DNA from: an uncultured virus (IMG/VR IMGVR_UViG_3300009081_000011)
Lineage: Duplodnaviria; Heunggongvirae; Uroviricota; Caudoviricetes
IMG/VR virus record: IMGVR_UViG_3300009081_000011
Reading direction: 5' to 3' (one strand)
DNA: 64,000 nt
Shown here: positions 63,008 to 64,000 of the stretch, in pieces
Layout: every line of letters begins with the position of its first letter
How positions within the stretch are numbered: the first letter of the stretch is position 1
Position numbers and translations under genes: made by a program
Notes under the pieces: generated by a model
Databases searched by the model: none
Seen by the model: only the letters and a program-made list of their open reading frames with translations
What the model was told of the DNA's origin: nothing

Positions 63008-64000
63008 TTACCAACCGTCATCTTTGTACTCCTTGTTCCAAACCGAACTCCTCAAATGAAACGTGTGCGGCACGACGATATCCGCGAGCAAAAGTTTCTG
63101 GTGATCTCCGGTGATGTCCTCCTGGTAGCGCGCATCGCTCTGCATGATGTGCATCGCCTCGACGTGCTCGGCGCACGAGACTACGATGTCGCAAATCACT
63201 TCATCGGCTTCTTGCCCGTCACGATGCGTACGCGCAAGAAGCTGCTGCATTCGGTCGCCTTGTTGCGGTACCGAACTCACGAGATTCCTCGAAAACCGTT
63301 GAAGGTTTCGGCCCTCCCGATTCGCCTCGATCGAAAGAATCGCCGTCGTACCGTCGTAGGTCTCGATCGAATTTCCGTGCGCGTCGAGACCCTCACCGGC
63401 GAAATACGGAATGCCTGTCATGGATGAGAGCCGGTTCGCAAAATCAACGTGCTCGCACCAGATGAGTCCGCCATGCTTGGACCACTCTTGGCAATACTCC
63501 AGAACCGAGTCGTCGAACGACACCGCGACGGTCTTCGGTTTGAACGTGTCACGAATCGCAACCCACGCCTTGTACTCTTGGTCACCGTACCATTCAGGAT
63601 GATCCTTGCACGCGAGCGCGACCTGCATCTCGGAATCTAACCGGCGCTGATTACTTCCAAGAACTTTCCGACAAAACGCCGACCAGGCTTTCCGTGCCTC
63701 GAGCCATTCGTCGGGTGGTCTAACTTCCCATCGATAATAAAATCCTAAAGCGAGCTCGCGTGCGTGTCGCCAAATCGCAAACCCGTCAGAGAGCGGCCAA
63801 CCGTCGGGCGTTTCCCATTTCGAACGAAGTCGGTCGAACGCTTCCTCCGTCACTTCCAACGTCTCGACGATATGCCCTTGTACCCGAAGACTCACATCAC
63901 AACCCGGACCGGAAGCCGTCACGACACCGGGCGTGCCATTGATCCGTCGACGAACGGCCTTGCGCGCCCGCTCTGTCGCGCCACCGGTGTCTTCTTCGGT
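63008..64000 (-). CDS. SF2 (SNF2-like) helicase, C-terminal part, truncated by the window edge
   Basis: frame open to 64000; LIWCEH, EGRNLQ, QQLLARTHRDGQ. Confidence 0.75.
   Translation of the reverse strand, partial: TEEDTGGATERARKAVRRRINGTPGVVTASGPGCDVSLRVQGHIVETLEVTEEAFDRLRSKWETPDGWPLSDGFAIWRHARELALGFYYRWEVRPPDEWLEARKAWSAFCRKVLGSNQRRLDSEMQVALACKDHPEWYGDQEYKAWVAIRDTFKPKTVAVSFDDSVLEYCQEWSKHGGLIWCEHVDFANRLSSMTGIPYFAGEGLDAHGNSIETYDGTTAILSIEANREGRNLQRFSRNLVSSVPQQGDRMQQLLARTHRDGQEADEVICDIVVSCAEHVEAMHIMQSDARYQEDITGDHQKLLLADIVVPHTFHLRSSVWNKEYKDDGW

Noticed and set aside
1..64000. CRISPR array, tRNA, rRNA, integrase or transposase
   Set aside because: No regularly spaced repeats, cloverleaf or recombinase/transposase motifs were recognised by eye; a tRNAscan/Infernal run would be needed to exclude small RNAs
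1..64000. Stop-codon reassignment
   Set aside because: Conserved genes (polymerase, dam, dcd) are intact in the standard code and many genes couple through ATGA overlaps

Overview
A gene-dense, GC-rich window from a large dsDNA bacterial virus or provirus; a myxobacterial host is inferred from a Gly/Thr/Ala-linker, Cys-rich lipoprotein. The right end holds a replication block (SF2 helicase cut by the window edge, SSB-like protein, family A DNA polymerase, RuvC-like resolvase), followed by many small minus-strand genes, dCTP deaminase and a rhomboid protease. A Dam methylase, a circularly permuted amidase and a block of acidic multidomain proteins lie in the middle. A long minus-strand module (about 2.8-30.9 kb) looks like virion morphogenesis, but I see no HK97 capsid, portal, terminase, tape measure or tail tube. 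It instead encodes a 438-aa capsid candidate, a protamine-like Arg-rich protein, a transglutaminase-fold Cys-His-Asp enzyme, a GroES-like protein, RadC/JAB, many single-pass membrane proteins with basic tails, five spike-like proteins sharing an N-terminal GR..(E)xYP motif, an ice-binding domain, a B-lectin and a glycosyl/methyltransferase cassette. The main candidate novelty is a tailless, membrane-containing virion assembly system built on short recurrent peptide tags: FGLG (possible cleavage or sorting), ETYPE (possible docking) and TM plus basic tail (anchoring). All calls come from reading motifs by eye; no searches were run. Many start codons were re-picked using stop/start overlaps and RBS.
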